64,000 bases of DNA, from NCBI RefSeq assembly GCF_028641065.1, contig NC_073398.1, positions 21,514,001 to 21,578,000 on the forward strand, written 5' to 3'. Numbering within the stretch: position 1 is the first letter of the stretch; each line of letters opens with the position of its first letter. The position numbers were made by a program, and so were the translations under genes. Under the pieces are notes generated by a model. The model was not told where the DNA came from. It saw only the letters and a program-made list of their open reading frames with translations, and searched no databases. Below are positions 38,567-51,451 of this stretch, piece by piece. The DNA comes from Leucoraja erinacea. Lineage: Eukaryota.

Positions 38567-39454
38567 TGTGTCCTCATTGATTAGCAAGGAACTCAGCAGG
38601 TCAAACAGCATTTCAGGGGGCGAAAGAAATGGTCAACGTTTTGGGTTGAAACCCTGCATCAGGATGCCGACACCACAGATGCTGCTCGACCCACACAGTT
38701 TCCCCAGCATATTATTTGTTAACTCAGTGTGATTATTCCCAATTGTAAATTAGGTATTTTTTCCCTCTAATTTGAACACTAAGCTGTGTGTTTTTTTTTA
38801 ATGCTGGCAGTGTATCCAATTGCATAAATACCCTGTTCTTGTGTGTGGACACTTTGTGATCCCATTATGCGGGGTGATTACTTTATAAGAGTCTGGAAGA
38901 AGCTTAAAGACTCAACATGTGTGGAGACGATGCCTTCTCCAATCTAAATACATGTGTACCGGTATCACAAGAATTGGATCTCTGCTTGTATCCATGTTTT
39001 TGAAGGCCTTTGTTGACCCTTAGTAAACTTTAGTTAACTTGGAGCTCCAAAATGAATTCCGATGAACACTCATGCAATTTTGTTGGTTGAAGGCCTTCAT
39101 CCGTAGTGCTGCGCGTGCATGGCACAACAAACCATGATTCAAGGAGTAGTGAGTTTATCCATCACCTGTACCGAGCAAGTTGAATCCATTGCATCTGAGT
39201 TGGAGATGATGCAGACTCCAGGAATTTAAGTGACAAACCCACAGAAGTACAACAAAGAAACAGAATCTTCTTGGAGTTCAAATCCAGAACCAAACAATCT
39301 AGGCGTGATTTAAAAAAAAAACTGTAAAGAGGGTAAAAAGCTCGTTAGGTACTAGGTTATATTAGTCATTAATTTCTTGCTGTGCAGGAGAGTCTAAAGG
39401 TGTGTATGCATTTTAATCATGCCTGTAATTCTCAGTCCAATAGAAGAGGTTAAA

Positions 39455-39622
39455 AATAGGCACAAAAAGCTGGACAGGCAGCATCTCTGGAGAGAAGGAA
39501 TGGGTGACGTTTCGGGTCAAGACCCTTCTTCAGACTGGTGCAACCCAAAACGTCACCCATTCCTTCTCCACATTTTGTTTGTATCTTCGGTTTAAAACAG
39601 CATCTGCCATTCCTTCCTACAC
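39455..39622 (-). mobile_element. Short palindromic Penelope-LTR-derived element with an intact minimal hammerhead core (39504-39535)
   Basis: TSD agaagag(g/c)ttaaa 39442-39454 / 39623-39635; minus strand CUGAAGA-A-GGGU(CUUG)ACCC-GAAACGUC. Confidence 0.78.
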
Positions 39623-40147
39623 AGAAGAGCTTAAAGATCTAGTCTTTGTTTGGGTTAAGTGTTTTGCTTTGCAGATAAACCTATATCTCTTGTAATGCAT
39701 TAGGAAGACATTTACAAATATTGTAACCTGCATTCAGTGTCAGCAAGGTTGTTGATTTCCATAAAGTGGTTTATCAATCACATCTGGTTCCATTAGCCAA
39801 ACTCCCTAAGTAGTTCGGAAGTAGCTGCATATCACTGGGATTAATACATCTGCTCTGGCTTGGCAGATCTAAGTTGGCACAGAATTAGTTCAGAAGAATA
39901 TTGATATGATTCAGCTAGTGGCTGCAGGAGAAACTGCTTAAATATTGGACGGTGTTCCAAGAAATCTACAGATTGCTGTTTGATTTTATCAAGCTTTCCC
40001 CTCCAGAAAAGAGCATGCTATACTTCCACGGGAGCTGGTGACCCACTTTTCTTTTGACTTTCCTTTTCTGAAACATGCATTGCCCTCGCTGCCGTTCATT
40101 GTTCCGCACGTTGAGTCCGTTCCTCTTTAGTGAAAGCACACTTGAAA

Positions 40148-40465
40148 GCCCTGGCTAGAGTGAACGTGGAGAGGATGTTTCCACTAATGGGAGAGTCTAA
40201 AATCAGAGGCCATAGCCTCAGAATTAAAGGATGCACCTTTAGGAAGGAGATGAGGAGGAATTTCTTTAATCAGAGGATGGTGAATCTGTGGAATTCATTG
40301 CCACAGACTGTGACGGAGATTGACAGATTCTTCATTAGTAAGTGTGTCTGGGATTACGGGGAGAAGGCAGGAGAATGGGGTTGAGAAGGAAAGATAGTTC
40401 AGCCATGATTGAATGGCAGAGTAGACTTGATGGGCCGAATGCCCTAATATTGCTCCTAGAACTTA
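40148..40465 (+). mobile_element. CR1-like LINE 3' end
   Basis: ORF 40130-40384 RGHSLRIKGCTFRKEMRRNFFNQRMVNLWNSLP. Confidence 0.88.
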
Positions 40466-41089
40466 CGGCCTGACCTCCTGATAATTCCATCATCTTTGGG
40501 TTTTTTTAATTTTGAATTTCCAGTATTTTTGGTTACCATCATTGTTGCTGTAGGTCTGTTGCCAACATTGTGTGAGTGTGGATTACCCATTTAATTTCCC
40601 CTCCGTTGTGTTGGGGGTGGCAGAGGATGGTGGTTGCATTTGCCTACGGGCTCATTACTGAGCAAGGATTTGGTGGGTGTAAAAGACACCACTATTTAAT
40701 GAATAATGAATATAGAACTCCAACCACTAGAACTATTTTTTTTATGTACTAACAATGTAAATTAGTAGCAATTCCCTTGTAGCTGGTAAGCAGGGTAGAC
40801 ATCTGCTAACCAGATGTTCAAACTGCTGCGTGTGGACTCATTTATTTTGCAGTTTGCTTCTAAACATACAGTTCAACCACTTCTCAGTTGTCCTCAACAA
40901 ATTTCCTGAACTCGCATATGGCATCATGCACAAATGTTGCTAATTTACTTGACCTACCTCTTGATGAAGAATAGACAAAGAATGTAGTCCAAAGGATTTG
41001 TCTCATTGCCTCAACTGTGCTCTTCTCCCAGTGACCTTAGTTTAATTTAGTTTAGTTTAGAGATACAGCATGGAAACAGGCCTTTCGGA

Positions 41090-44000
41090 CGTCCGGTGGC
41101 ACCATGATAGCGAGGGCTGTGTAGCCGACCTGCTCTCCAAACCAGCCATAAATAAAACAAATATCGAGCCATACGTAAAGAGGCTTCAGAAGGCACTAAA
41201 CAGAGACTAGTGACAGTGGAGGATAATGTGAAGGACTTAACGGTTCGAATTGAAAAGTTGGAGGGGAAAATGAAGGAAATGGAGGACAGAGTAAGTTCAA
41301 CAGAAGACAGGGGAATGCGACACGAGAGGGCTATCAAGTACCTGCTACACAGAGAGGCTAAGCTAGCGGAGAAATGCTCGGACCTGGAAAATCGAGCGAG
41401 GCGTAAGAATCTGCGGATATACGGAGTTACAGAGGGAAAGGAAAAAAAGACATTTGTAACTGAACTGCTGAGGAACTCCCAGAAGATTTAACTATCGATA
41501 TTGAGAGAGCACACAGGTCCCTCGCAGACAGACCAAGAGCGGAGCAAGCCCCACTAAGATCCATAATAGTCAGATTTTTGGACTATTACATGAAAGATGT
41601 TGTGTTGCTTGGAAGCAACGAAAGATAACATACGAGGGGGACAGAGTTTATTTTGACCAAAATTACTCGCCATATGTCCAGAGAAAGCGCAAGGAGGTAC
41701 GACAGGTGATTAAGCAACTGCGGGAGAAAAATATCAGAGCCAAGTCTCCATTCCGGCGCAGCTCAGGATCTTCCTAGATTCCGGAGTTAAGGCCTCCAAG
41801 ACACTGATCGAGGCAGCGCCCACACTGGAGAAGATGGGGTCACCAAGTGGTCAGCAATAAAGCCAGGGGGCAGAGAGGAATGGCAACTTTGTCAGAGGAC
41901 GATCTTCGCATTATTTTGGGCATCATAAGAGAAGGACTATAGACAGGTTAGAAACAACGACAGAAACGTGGGTCCTAGGGTAAAATAACATCAAAAGATT
42001 ATTGACACAATTAAGCAGATAAATAATATGTATATATATATTGCTGTGTTGTTTTGAAGAAGGCTAGCTATGCCATGTTAAAGTAGTATGTATAAGGCTG
42101 GTTTTGTATTGTATTCTATTTTTCTACTTGATTTAAATGCACTATTTAAGAGAGGGATTGAGGGGGGCTCTCTCGTGCGGGAGGCTATACCTGCCATTTA
42201 TTTATAACTGTAATTTAGGATTCCCAAAGTGGGATATTGAGCAACCTTACATAGTTGCAACCACACACAAGTGGGCTTCCCCAGGAGAGTCCTAGTCATA
42301 TCTCTTCTCCTTTTTACGAGGAGCTGGCACACCAGTTTGTTCGGGGTGCCCAGCTGGGTTGGTTAGGTAGGAAGTGTCCTTTTTTCTTTTTTTTTTTTTT
42401 CTTGTCTTGTGTGCAAAGTTTTAATGTTCACTGATTTGTTTGTTTCGCAAATGTTCTTTTATGTAAGGAGTAATACTACAGCATCGCAGTCCAGTAAATC
42501 ATATTGTGAGTATAGCGGACATCCACAGGCCAACCAGAGTAAGAAACAAAAATGGTACAGAAAGCAACTAGTGGAATACACAAAGATGGATAATAACCAA
42601 TTTAAAGGCAGGAAGCTATAATGTTCATGGTCTAAATCACCCTATAAAGAGGAGAAAAATTCTAAGTAAACTCAAAAACCTAGGATGCGGAGTCGCATTG
42701 ATACAGGAAACTCATTTGGTGGAAACTGAACACAAAAGGCTTAGAAAGAGTGGGTGGGTGAGGTATTTAGCACCTCATATGGCAAAAGGAGAGAAGTGGC
42801 CATCCTTTGATAACAATGATAACAGTGAAGTAGCACCATCCACTCTTTGGAATGGCGCAAAAGAAGTAATAAGGGGTGAAATGATCGAAATATCAAGTAG
42901 AGTAAGAAAGAACAGGCTGAAGAAGCAATCTGACCTGGAAAGTAATATAAAGGTATTAGTAGAACATAAAAATAACAATAAAAATAAGAATCTTTTAAAC
43001 GAACTAAAGCAAAAAAGACACGAGTTAGAAGAGCTTTTAACATACAAAGCAGAAGGAGTCCTGCGATTTTTAAACCAAAAAAATACTATGAGAAGGGAAA
43101 TAGGGCTAGTCGCCTTTTGGCATTTCAGCTGCGCAAGGAGCAAGCTAGTCGAGCGGTTTCCAAAGTTTCCCACCCGACCTCTAGAAATTTAGTTTCACAA
43201 CCACGAGAAATTGTAGAAGCATTTGCATCCTTGTATACAACTATACGACTCTCCTGAAATCATAGATACGGAGGAAAAGTTTAGAACTTTCTTTTCTGGA
43301 TTAAATATACCCTCCCTTTCCCAAGAAGAAGTGATAAACATGACAACACAAATAGAAGAGCAGGAAATAAAAGAAGTAATTAAAAAATTAAAGAATAACA
43401 AGTCCCCGGGGACTGATAGAATTCCGGGAGAGTTTTATAAGTGTTACAACGACGAGCTCTCTCCGATTTTGGCCAGAGTCCATAATTATGCCCTTTCTGA
43501 AGGTAACCCACCTAACTCATGGGCTGAGGCTATAATTTCTGTCATCGATAAGGAAGGGAAAGATCCCACTAGATGTGAAGGCTATAGACCGACAAGTCTC
43601 CTATGTAACGACCAAAAGATACTTAGTGCTATATTAACAACGAGAAACCAAAAAATTATAACACAACTGATAACATCCTGACCAAACAGGGTAGACAGGG
43701 AGCTAATAATATCAGGCGTGTCCTTAACATCATGGCATGTGCAAAAAGGAAGCATCAGACTTCAATGTTACTTAGTTTAGATGCCCAAAAGGCTTTTGAC
43801 AGAGTAGATTGGGTCTATCTTGAACATACAATAGATAAGATGGGGTTCCACACAAAATGTATAAATTGGGTGAAAGTACTATATTTAAATCCAAAGTCAA
43901 GAAGAGTGAGGGTGAATGGGTGTTGCTCTGAGTTTTTTGAATTGAAGCGGGGAATTAGACAGGGGGACAGTCGATTTGCTTTTTTGTGGGGAAGTTTTGA

Positions 44001-44351
44001 AATCATATGATCATCTTCAGAAAGAATTCAGTTTGTCAGGGATGGACTTTTTTAGATTTCTCCAAATACAGCACTACCTGCAGACACACGTAGATTGGGA
44101 GCAGATTTGTAAATTACCTTCTAATTTGGAAAAGATCGTCCTGTTGACTATGGAGGGAGAAATACAAAAGAATCTGATATCCCACATATAAAGGACTTCA
44201 AGATTATGTAAAAGGAAACACTATAAAAACGAAACAGAAATGGGAATTGGAAATGAATATTATTATTACTGACGAAATGTGGGAAAAGACATGTCTTTTG
44301 GGTCATAAGTTAACAAACAGCCCTGGCTGGAGTTTGAATGGAAAACTAGAA
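41090..44351 (+). mobile_element. Internally deleted L1-clade LINE (ORF1, EN start, partial RT, C-terminal piece) inside a minus-strand V-SINE
   Basis: ORF1 coiled coil with DLENRARRKNLRIYG; ORF2 YNVHGLNHPIKR...LIQETHL, KSPGTDRIPGEFYK, SLDAQKAFDRVDW, GIRQGD; SINE tail at 41037-41088 and SINE head at 44352-44523 flank it. Confidence 0.9.
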
Positions 44352-45364
44352 TAAACCTACAAATCTTGATGATTTGGGGATATGAGAGGAAACCTCAGAG
44401 AAAACCAATGTGGTCATAGGGAGAACATTCAAACTCTGCACAGACAGCACCCATAGTCAGGATTGATCCTGGGTCTCTGGCGCTGTAAGGCAGCAACTCT
44501 ACTGCTGCGCGACTGTGCCACCCTTTCCCTAACTGCTGATTTGCCTGTTCTTTCCACTAACGCATTTGCTTTCTCACATTTTCTTAACTGGTTCAGAAGA
44601 AGAATTATTGACTTGAAACATCCACCCTGTTTTTCTCTCTGCTGGTTGTGCCCGACTTACTGAGCACTACCAGTGTTCTTTGTTTTTGTCTTGTAATTAG
44701 TATTTTCTGGATTAAGGAGTCACTGGAACATCTTGATAATGACAACTGACAATTGGTAGATAAGAAATAGAATCACAAGAGATTTCAGATGCTGGGATCT
44801 TGTACAAAACACAAAGCGTTGGAGAAACTCAGTGGGTCCGGCAGTAACTGGGAAGGGAATGAACAGATGCTGTTTCGGGTCTGTCTGTTCATCTTCCTTC
44901 ACAGTTGCTGCTTGATCCACTGAGTTCCTCCAGCGCTGTTTTTGTACACTTTGTACAATGAAATTAAAAAAGTGTTTGAAATCCATTGCAGGACTACTGA
45001 CTGAAAATAGGAAGAAGTGGATAATGTACTAGGATATTAACTTACTTTCACCATTTGTAGATATTTGCAAACAAACCCTGTGTTTTCATGATTTTCTGTT
45101 ATTAACTCCAGATTGCTAGCATTTGCAAGGGGAAGGACTTATATTCTCTATAACTGTTGAAATCATATACGATAATTATGGAACACGACTATATCTTTTG
45201 AGATCAAATTAACACTTATTGCTTCATATATAGTTACAAATACAGGAAAATTAGATTTCAATAACCAGAGCATTTAATAACGTTGATAAATTAAAAGGAA
45301 GTTAATTGTAAGATAAAGTGCTGCTTTGATGTTTGTGACAGGTGTGTGATGTATAAAGTTAACG

Positions 45365-45529
45365 NNNNNNNNNNNNNNNNNNNNNNNNNNNNNNNNNNNN
45401 NNNNNNNNNNNNNNNNNNNNNNNNNNNNNNNNNNNNNNNNNNNNNNNNNNNNNNNNNNNNNNNNNNNNNNNNNNNNNNNNNNNNNNNNNNNNNNNNNNNN
45501 NNNNNNNNNNNNNNNNNNNNNNNNNNNNN
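45365..45529. other. Assembly gap (165 N)
   Basis: Run of N. Confidence 1.
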
Positions 45530-45574
45530 GGATGCAACATCTCTACCTGGTGTAGCTTGAACCTTTTTCCTTTT

Positions 45575-47296
45575 GATCCATCTTAAAGACGAAACACACC
45601 TCAATGATTATCTTGCCACCCCTCCAACAAAGTATTTTCTGGGAGAAGTTCCATCATTAAAACAACGAGACAGTGAAATGATGTCTGTTGTCAATCGCAA
45701 TAATAAGTTGATTAACTGGTAGTGTAGAAAATGAACATTTCCCTTTCAGCGGGTGAATCTGTGTAATCATAAGTCCAAGTAGTGAATCTCAGCACCTAAT
45801 TAGGCTACTAGCACAGCGAAGTATAGATATGAAGATGAACTTCAAAAGGTGGCTATTTTTTCGACTTGATGAAGCAGATAGCAGAGTGATAAAATCATGT
45901 TCACATTTCGAAAGACTTTAGATTAAAAGCTGAATTCACATTGTGGCAATTCTGTTGAGTTTTAGATTGATCTCTTGAAATGGATACTGTATTTATAATC
46001 TGGGCACGTACCCGCTTTATAAACTAGTAGCCCAAGCTCCCTGATTTAGTGCTTTAACTTAAAAGCAATGTCACGTTTAAAAGTAAATTCTATTTTTACT
46101 GACCTAATCACTCCATTTCATTAATATTTGAAATCTAGGACATCTTTGATATTAATGCAAAATAAAATGTATCAGAGGATTGACAATCTTTCCAATCCTA
46201 AACTCTGCAGCTGGACTGAACGACCTTGTTCATTCTACCATATTGGAATGGGAATAGGGGATTACTTTACTTTGCAGAAATCCCAATCTGTCATTTACAA
46301 AAATTAAAATGAATCATTCCAATTAGCATTTCAAAAATCTTGAAGGAAAGTCTCTCCCCTGTGACTGTTGTCTTTTATGCACTCATTGTCAAAGCATCGA
46401 CACATTCTGCTTTAATGCAGGTGTCTGTCTTTGATAGTGTTGTCTCCACATGCGCCACAGCTGAAGTATCAGCAAACATGCCGTAGCCTGTTAATGACTC
46501 TGGAAACCATGCTGAATCCTGCACATAAGCCTGTAAAATGCTTGTAATTTCCACTTATCGTCTTCAAGTATATCAGTAAAAAGAGAATTACCAAAAGTGA
46601 GATGGACCTCCAGAGATTGTCAATTTACATATCATCAAAGCCTGCAGGGGCATTCAATCAGCACGATGCCAATAGATGATGTTAGAAAGAAGGTATATTC
46701 TGCCGAGGCTGAAGGTAATAGGATGGTTAATAAACTGCGGAAGGCAAAGCAAAAGGCTTGATCAATACATCACCAATGCACAAGTTTGTAACTGCCTTGT
46801 TAAAGCAATACCCAACAAATTCCCATACATTAACCCTACCTCATAGAAAGTTAATTCAATGCAAGTTCCTCAAAAACTTTCTTCTACTATTTTGAAATTA
46901 GCCCTTCTAGAATAATAGTCATGTAGTCATAAAGCACGGAAACAGGCCCTTCGGCCCAACTTGCCTGTGCTGAACAAGACGCCCCATCTACACCAGTGCT
47001 GCCAGTCCCCATTTGGCCCATATCCCTCTAAACCTGAACCTTTCCCACTCCAACAGTCATAGAATATAGATAAGTACCGTTCAGGATCCATCCTAAATAC
47101 GAAGCACACCTCAATGATTATTTTGCCATCCCTCCAACAAAGTATTTTCTGGGAGAAGTTCCATCATTAAAACAACGAGACAGTGAAATGATGTCTGTTG
47201 TCAACCGCAATAATAAGTTGATTTACTGGTAGTGTAGAAAATGAACATTTCCCTTTCAGCGGGTGAAATCTGTGTAATCATAAATCCAAGTAGTGA
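45575..47296 (+). repeat. Dispersed direct duplication of ~211 bp: 45575-45785 and 47085-47296
   Basis: gatccatc...cacacctcaatgatta...ccaagtagtga, present twice with few differences. Confidence 0.93.
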
Positions 47297-47574
47297 CCCC
47301 CCGCCCATAATTTCATTGCCGATCATGACATCAACTTAATCTCCTCTGCTTGCACGTGACTTGTATTCCACCATCCCTGCACACCAATGTGCCTTGATAA
47401 AAGCCTCTTAAAAGCCATGCTGGTATCTGCATGCATCACCTCTCCAGGCAGTGCATTCATGGCACACACCACTCATCCTTACCTGTGGCGAGATGCAATA
47501 CTTAGGCATTAAAGTTCTCAAATATTTTAATCAGGTTACAAACTCAGGTTAGTAATTTACTAACGGAGACAAAC

Positions 47575-47705
47575 TCAGGGTGAAGAAGGGTCCTGACCTG
47601 AAACCACCTATCCACAGTCTCTAGATATTCTGACTGACCCGCTGAGGTATTCCACCACTTTGTGTCGCTTTTGTAAACCAGCATCTGCAGTTCCTTGTTT
47701 CTACA
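47575..47705 (+). mobile_element. Penelope-LTR remnant, degenerate hammerhead core
   Basis: gtgaagaagggtcctgacctgaaaccacc...gacccgctgagg...ccagcatctgcagttcct. Confidence 0.7.
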
Positions 47706-48144
47706 AACTCGGTCCTTCCCCACAAGAATTTCTACAAGATCCAGTGATGACTTTTGCTCTCCTGCTAATCGTGAAGGAATTTGTTTTAAACTAATTGTAC
47801 AGCTGCTAAAAATGGTTTGCCTGACCTGCTTCTTCGGCTCTCTTGTATTTATATTCATGAAGTGCAGGCTAGTTAGAACAAATTTACTCTTCATCAGTGA
47901 ACGACAATCAAATTAAAAGGGAAATAATAGAGTTCATGATACTTTATAACAATTAAATAGTTGGGCGGTTGATGAATTGCAATCATTGCAAATTGAGATT
48001 TTTGTTCATCTAAACTGGATTAGTATGTTTTTTTAAATTGGATTATTTTCACCGATATTCTAACCTGTTGCTATTTTTATGTGCATCTGTGTGTCTTATA
48101 TTCCTGTCTCTCTATATGTACCTGTCACTTTACCGTTACAATAG

Positions 48145-48213
48145 GAACTCGGTCTTGTTATCACAGGAACTCTGCCAGTCTTCAACCTAACGAAAGATGC
48201 TAGTGGAAACCAG
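48145..48213 (+). CDS. CACNA2D1: CACNA2D1 exon ~16 (69 nt)
   Basis: acaatag|GAA...CAG|gtatgt; ELGLVITGTLPVFNLTKDASGNQ. Confidence 0.95.
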
Positions 48214-49710
48214 GTATGTTTTACATTGGAGAGTGCGGTATTGTCTGCCTTTTTCAAAATATTGTGGAACAGTTTTGCTACAAAAGCTCTACTGCATATT
48301 ATACTTGGCGCTGTTATGACGTAGAGATTCTGTAAAAGACTGTTCAAATTTTCACATATCAACAAACATTTCTGCTATTTGTAGCATAACTTGAACATGT
48401 GCTGATCAGAACTTCTGCAGAAGCTGCCTTGCAGTCTTTCAACCAAACCAGGAATTAAAGAAACATTTTTACAATTACAGACTTCAGACGTGATAATGCC
48501 AAGTTGAAGATGAGCCCAAACAATGAGGACCCGGAAGGTCTCTCTTGATAGCCTTTTAATGGGTCTCATTTTTTATCCTCAGTTTAAAAGGCCATGTGGT
48601 CATACCTTCCTTCAGAGAGAAAGTTTGCCATGGTAGTCTGGTCCTCAATATGTCCTCCATGCTCCTTCACAATTTGACTCTGGCTCCAAGAACATAATTC
48701 TTGCGAGCACTTTATCTTTTCCTGTCTTTCCACCATCCTTCTTCCAGCCACCGGTGAAGGACAGTAGCTAATCCATTGGGCTTGATTGCCTGGTGATGGA
48801 ATAACCGCGGGAGTCTGCCATGAAATGTTCAACATTTCAGTGCTCACATAATGCTCAGTGTGGTTTTTAACCCTGGGGAATATGGTCGTAGCTCTCAAGA
48901 GTGCGTTTAATAGCAAGCACCATCCAGTAGTCAGTAAGAATTTCTGGTTGCTTGACATTAATCCACTAGAACTCTGGCTGAAAACCTGCCTACTTCCTCT
49001 CACAAACTACTGATAGCAAGTGAGACAAGTGAAAAACAAGCCAAAAGAGTTGCAAAAAGAGACCAAAATAGTTAATATAGATTCTATAGAAATTAAAATG
49101 AAAGAGAATGGTGAAGTAGAATACAGAGAAAAACAGTTTGCATTTTTATTGAGCCTTTAATATAGTGAATTATCGCTTGGGATAAACATATTAGAATTAT
49201 GGAATATGTTGTTCGTTCTTTTTTCATTACATCTCAGATGAAGGTTATAACTAATTTCAGTTTTGTTGTAATGGTGCAGCGCCAAGAAGATTTTAAGTAA
49301 AATCAATTTGAACTTCCCAGATCTGGCACACACCAGCTCATATTAATAACCACCTTGCGACCATGATAACTTTTTGACTCTAAAATATTTTTGTTGAAAC
49401 ATCGGAAAATAATTGTGATAGAATAGCAATAGATGAAATCTTTACAATGCTTTATGCAAGGGTGATTTGAGTTAGTTTTGTACAAAACACTCTTCACCAC
49501 ACAATGATTAACGTAAGTATCAAGGATCCTGCAGAACATTTAGATTTAAATAGCCAATGATTAAAATCATTGTTTGCCTCCATATCACTAAATATAAAAT
49601 GCCGAATGCTTATATAAATATATATAAAAGTGAAATAAATGAACATTGTGTAAGAGATAATATTTTTTTGGAAATATATTGAACGGTATTTTGACCATCT
49701 GAACTTTCAG

Positions 49711-49785
49711 AACCAGTTGATTCTTGGCGTAATGGGCATTGATGTATCTCTAGCTGATGTAAAGAGGCTCACACCGCGTTACACT
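49711..49785 (+). CDS. CACNA2D1: CACNA2D1 exon ~17 (75 nt)
   Basis: actttcag|AAC...ACT|gtaagt; [25 protein letters not shown]. Confidence 0.96.
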
Positions 49786-49882
49786 GTAAGTATAGTTCGG
49801 AGATCCGCTCAGGACATTCGGCACTCCATTTAACCCTGCCTCTGAGTTATTGCATGGCATTGTGAAGATACTGTATGTTGGC

Positions 49883-50180
49883 TTTAGTTTAGTTTAATTT
49901 AGAGATATGACACGGTAACAGACCCTTTGGCCCACCAAGTCCGCTCTGACCAGCGATCCCCACAGTTTAACACTATCCTATACACACTAAGGACAATTTA
50001 CAACTATACCAAGCCAATTAACTGACAAACCTGTATGTCTTTTGAGTGTGGGAGGAAACCGGGGAAAAACTCACGCAGGTCACGGGGAGAACGTACAAAC
50101 TCTGTAAAGACAGCACTCGTAGTCAAGATTGACACGGGCCTCTGGCGCTGTAAGGCAGCACCTCTAGCTCTGCGCCACCG
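49883..50180 (-). mobile_element. HE1-like V-SINE
   Basis: Reverse-complement SINE from the ttagtttag tail to ctgcgccaccg. Confidence 0.85.
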
Positions 50181-51304
50181 AGCTGTCCCCTGTGCAGAAG
50201 TGGGTAAGTGCCAGCAAATTTTGGATTTGCATGTTTGAATGTGCAAGCCCCAAACTTCCTGGTTGTTAGTTGCCAATCATTCCTGGACTGTGGCCAAGTC
50301 TTGGCAATTCCCCAGCGCTAACATTAGAGAATCTGGCAGCTGGTTCCTACTGTAGGAACAGCATCCTCCATCAGTTCAATGGTCTCCAATGGACTAAAGT
50401 AGTTCTTAACTCATATACTTTATTTTTCATTGAATTTATTTAAACATTTGTTTTCGTTTCCGGTGTTTGGAAACTAATCATTGAAAAAAGAGTTATTTTG
50501 CTTATTCCTGGATGATCTTGATGGAAGAATCATGTCTGAGCCAGGGATGTGGTTTAATAGTCCAGTTTTTGTCATATTGTCCAGCAATTTGGTGGCCTTT
50601 ACTCTGCAACTTGCCCCATTCTCACCACACTGTTTCCATTATCCCCCATCCCACCTGCCACAGCAGGCCCATCCATGGTAGGGAATGGGATGAGGAGCTA
50701 TTGGCTAGGAAATTACATCTGATAAATGCGGACCTAATGGTGAGCATAGGTGCCTCACCATTGACCAGAGTATTTAGTCCATAATGGATCAGGTTTCCTG
50801 CCCATGATCATTGTCTTGCTGCCTGTTTTATACATTGTATCTGCGAGTTTCTGCTTTATACACAGACCTTCTATCCAGTGGGCTACATGTTGATGCTTCT
50901 GAAGAAAATATAATTGCATTATCTTCAGAGTAGGTTTACATCAGTAAATGGTTCAAGTAATGAATAGAATAGCTAATTCAACGTTTAAAATACTTCACTT
51001 GAAAATTATATCAAATGTTTAATGGATTTGCCGTTATAATTCAGAGTCGGCTTTGCTCGCATACTGAATGTGCACTAATTACTTTAAATTTGATAGGTAA
51101 TTATACTTAATTATAGTTATACCACATTGGCATAAAGACAGTCTAAACATCCAGAAGTTCAGCTATAATCTTCTGAAAGTGTATGCTTGCACACTAGTAA
51201 CGTACCACTGTATACTAATGAAATGTAAATCTGCATTTTTTGTTGAATAACATTACAGTAATTTAAATATTTTCTTTAAATTTGCATAAAATCCATGATA
51301 TTGA

Positions 51305-51451
<147 letters not shown>

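Noticed and set aside
48584-49003. 139-aa minus-strand ORF
   Set aside because: GTG start, no recognisable domain, antisense intronic; consistent with chance.
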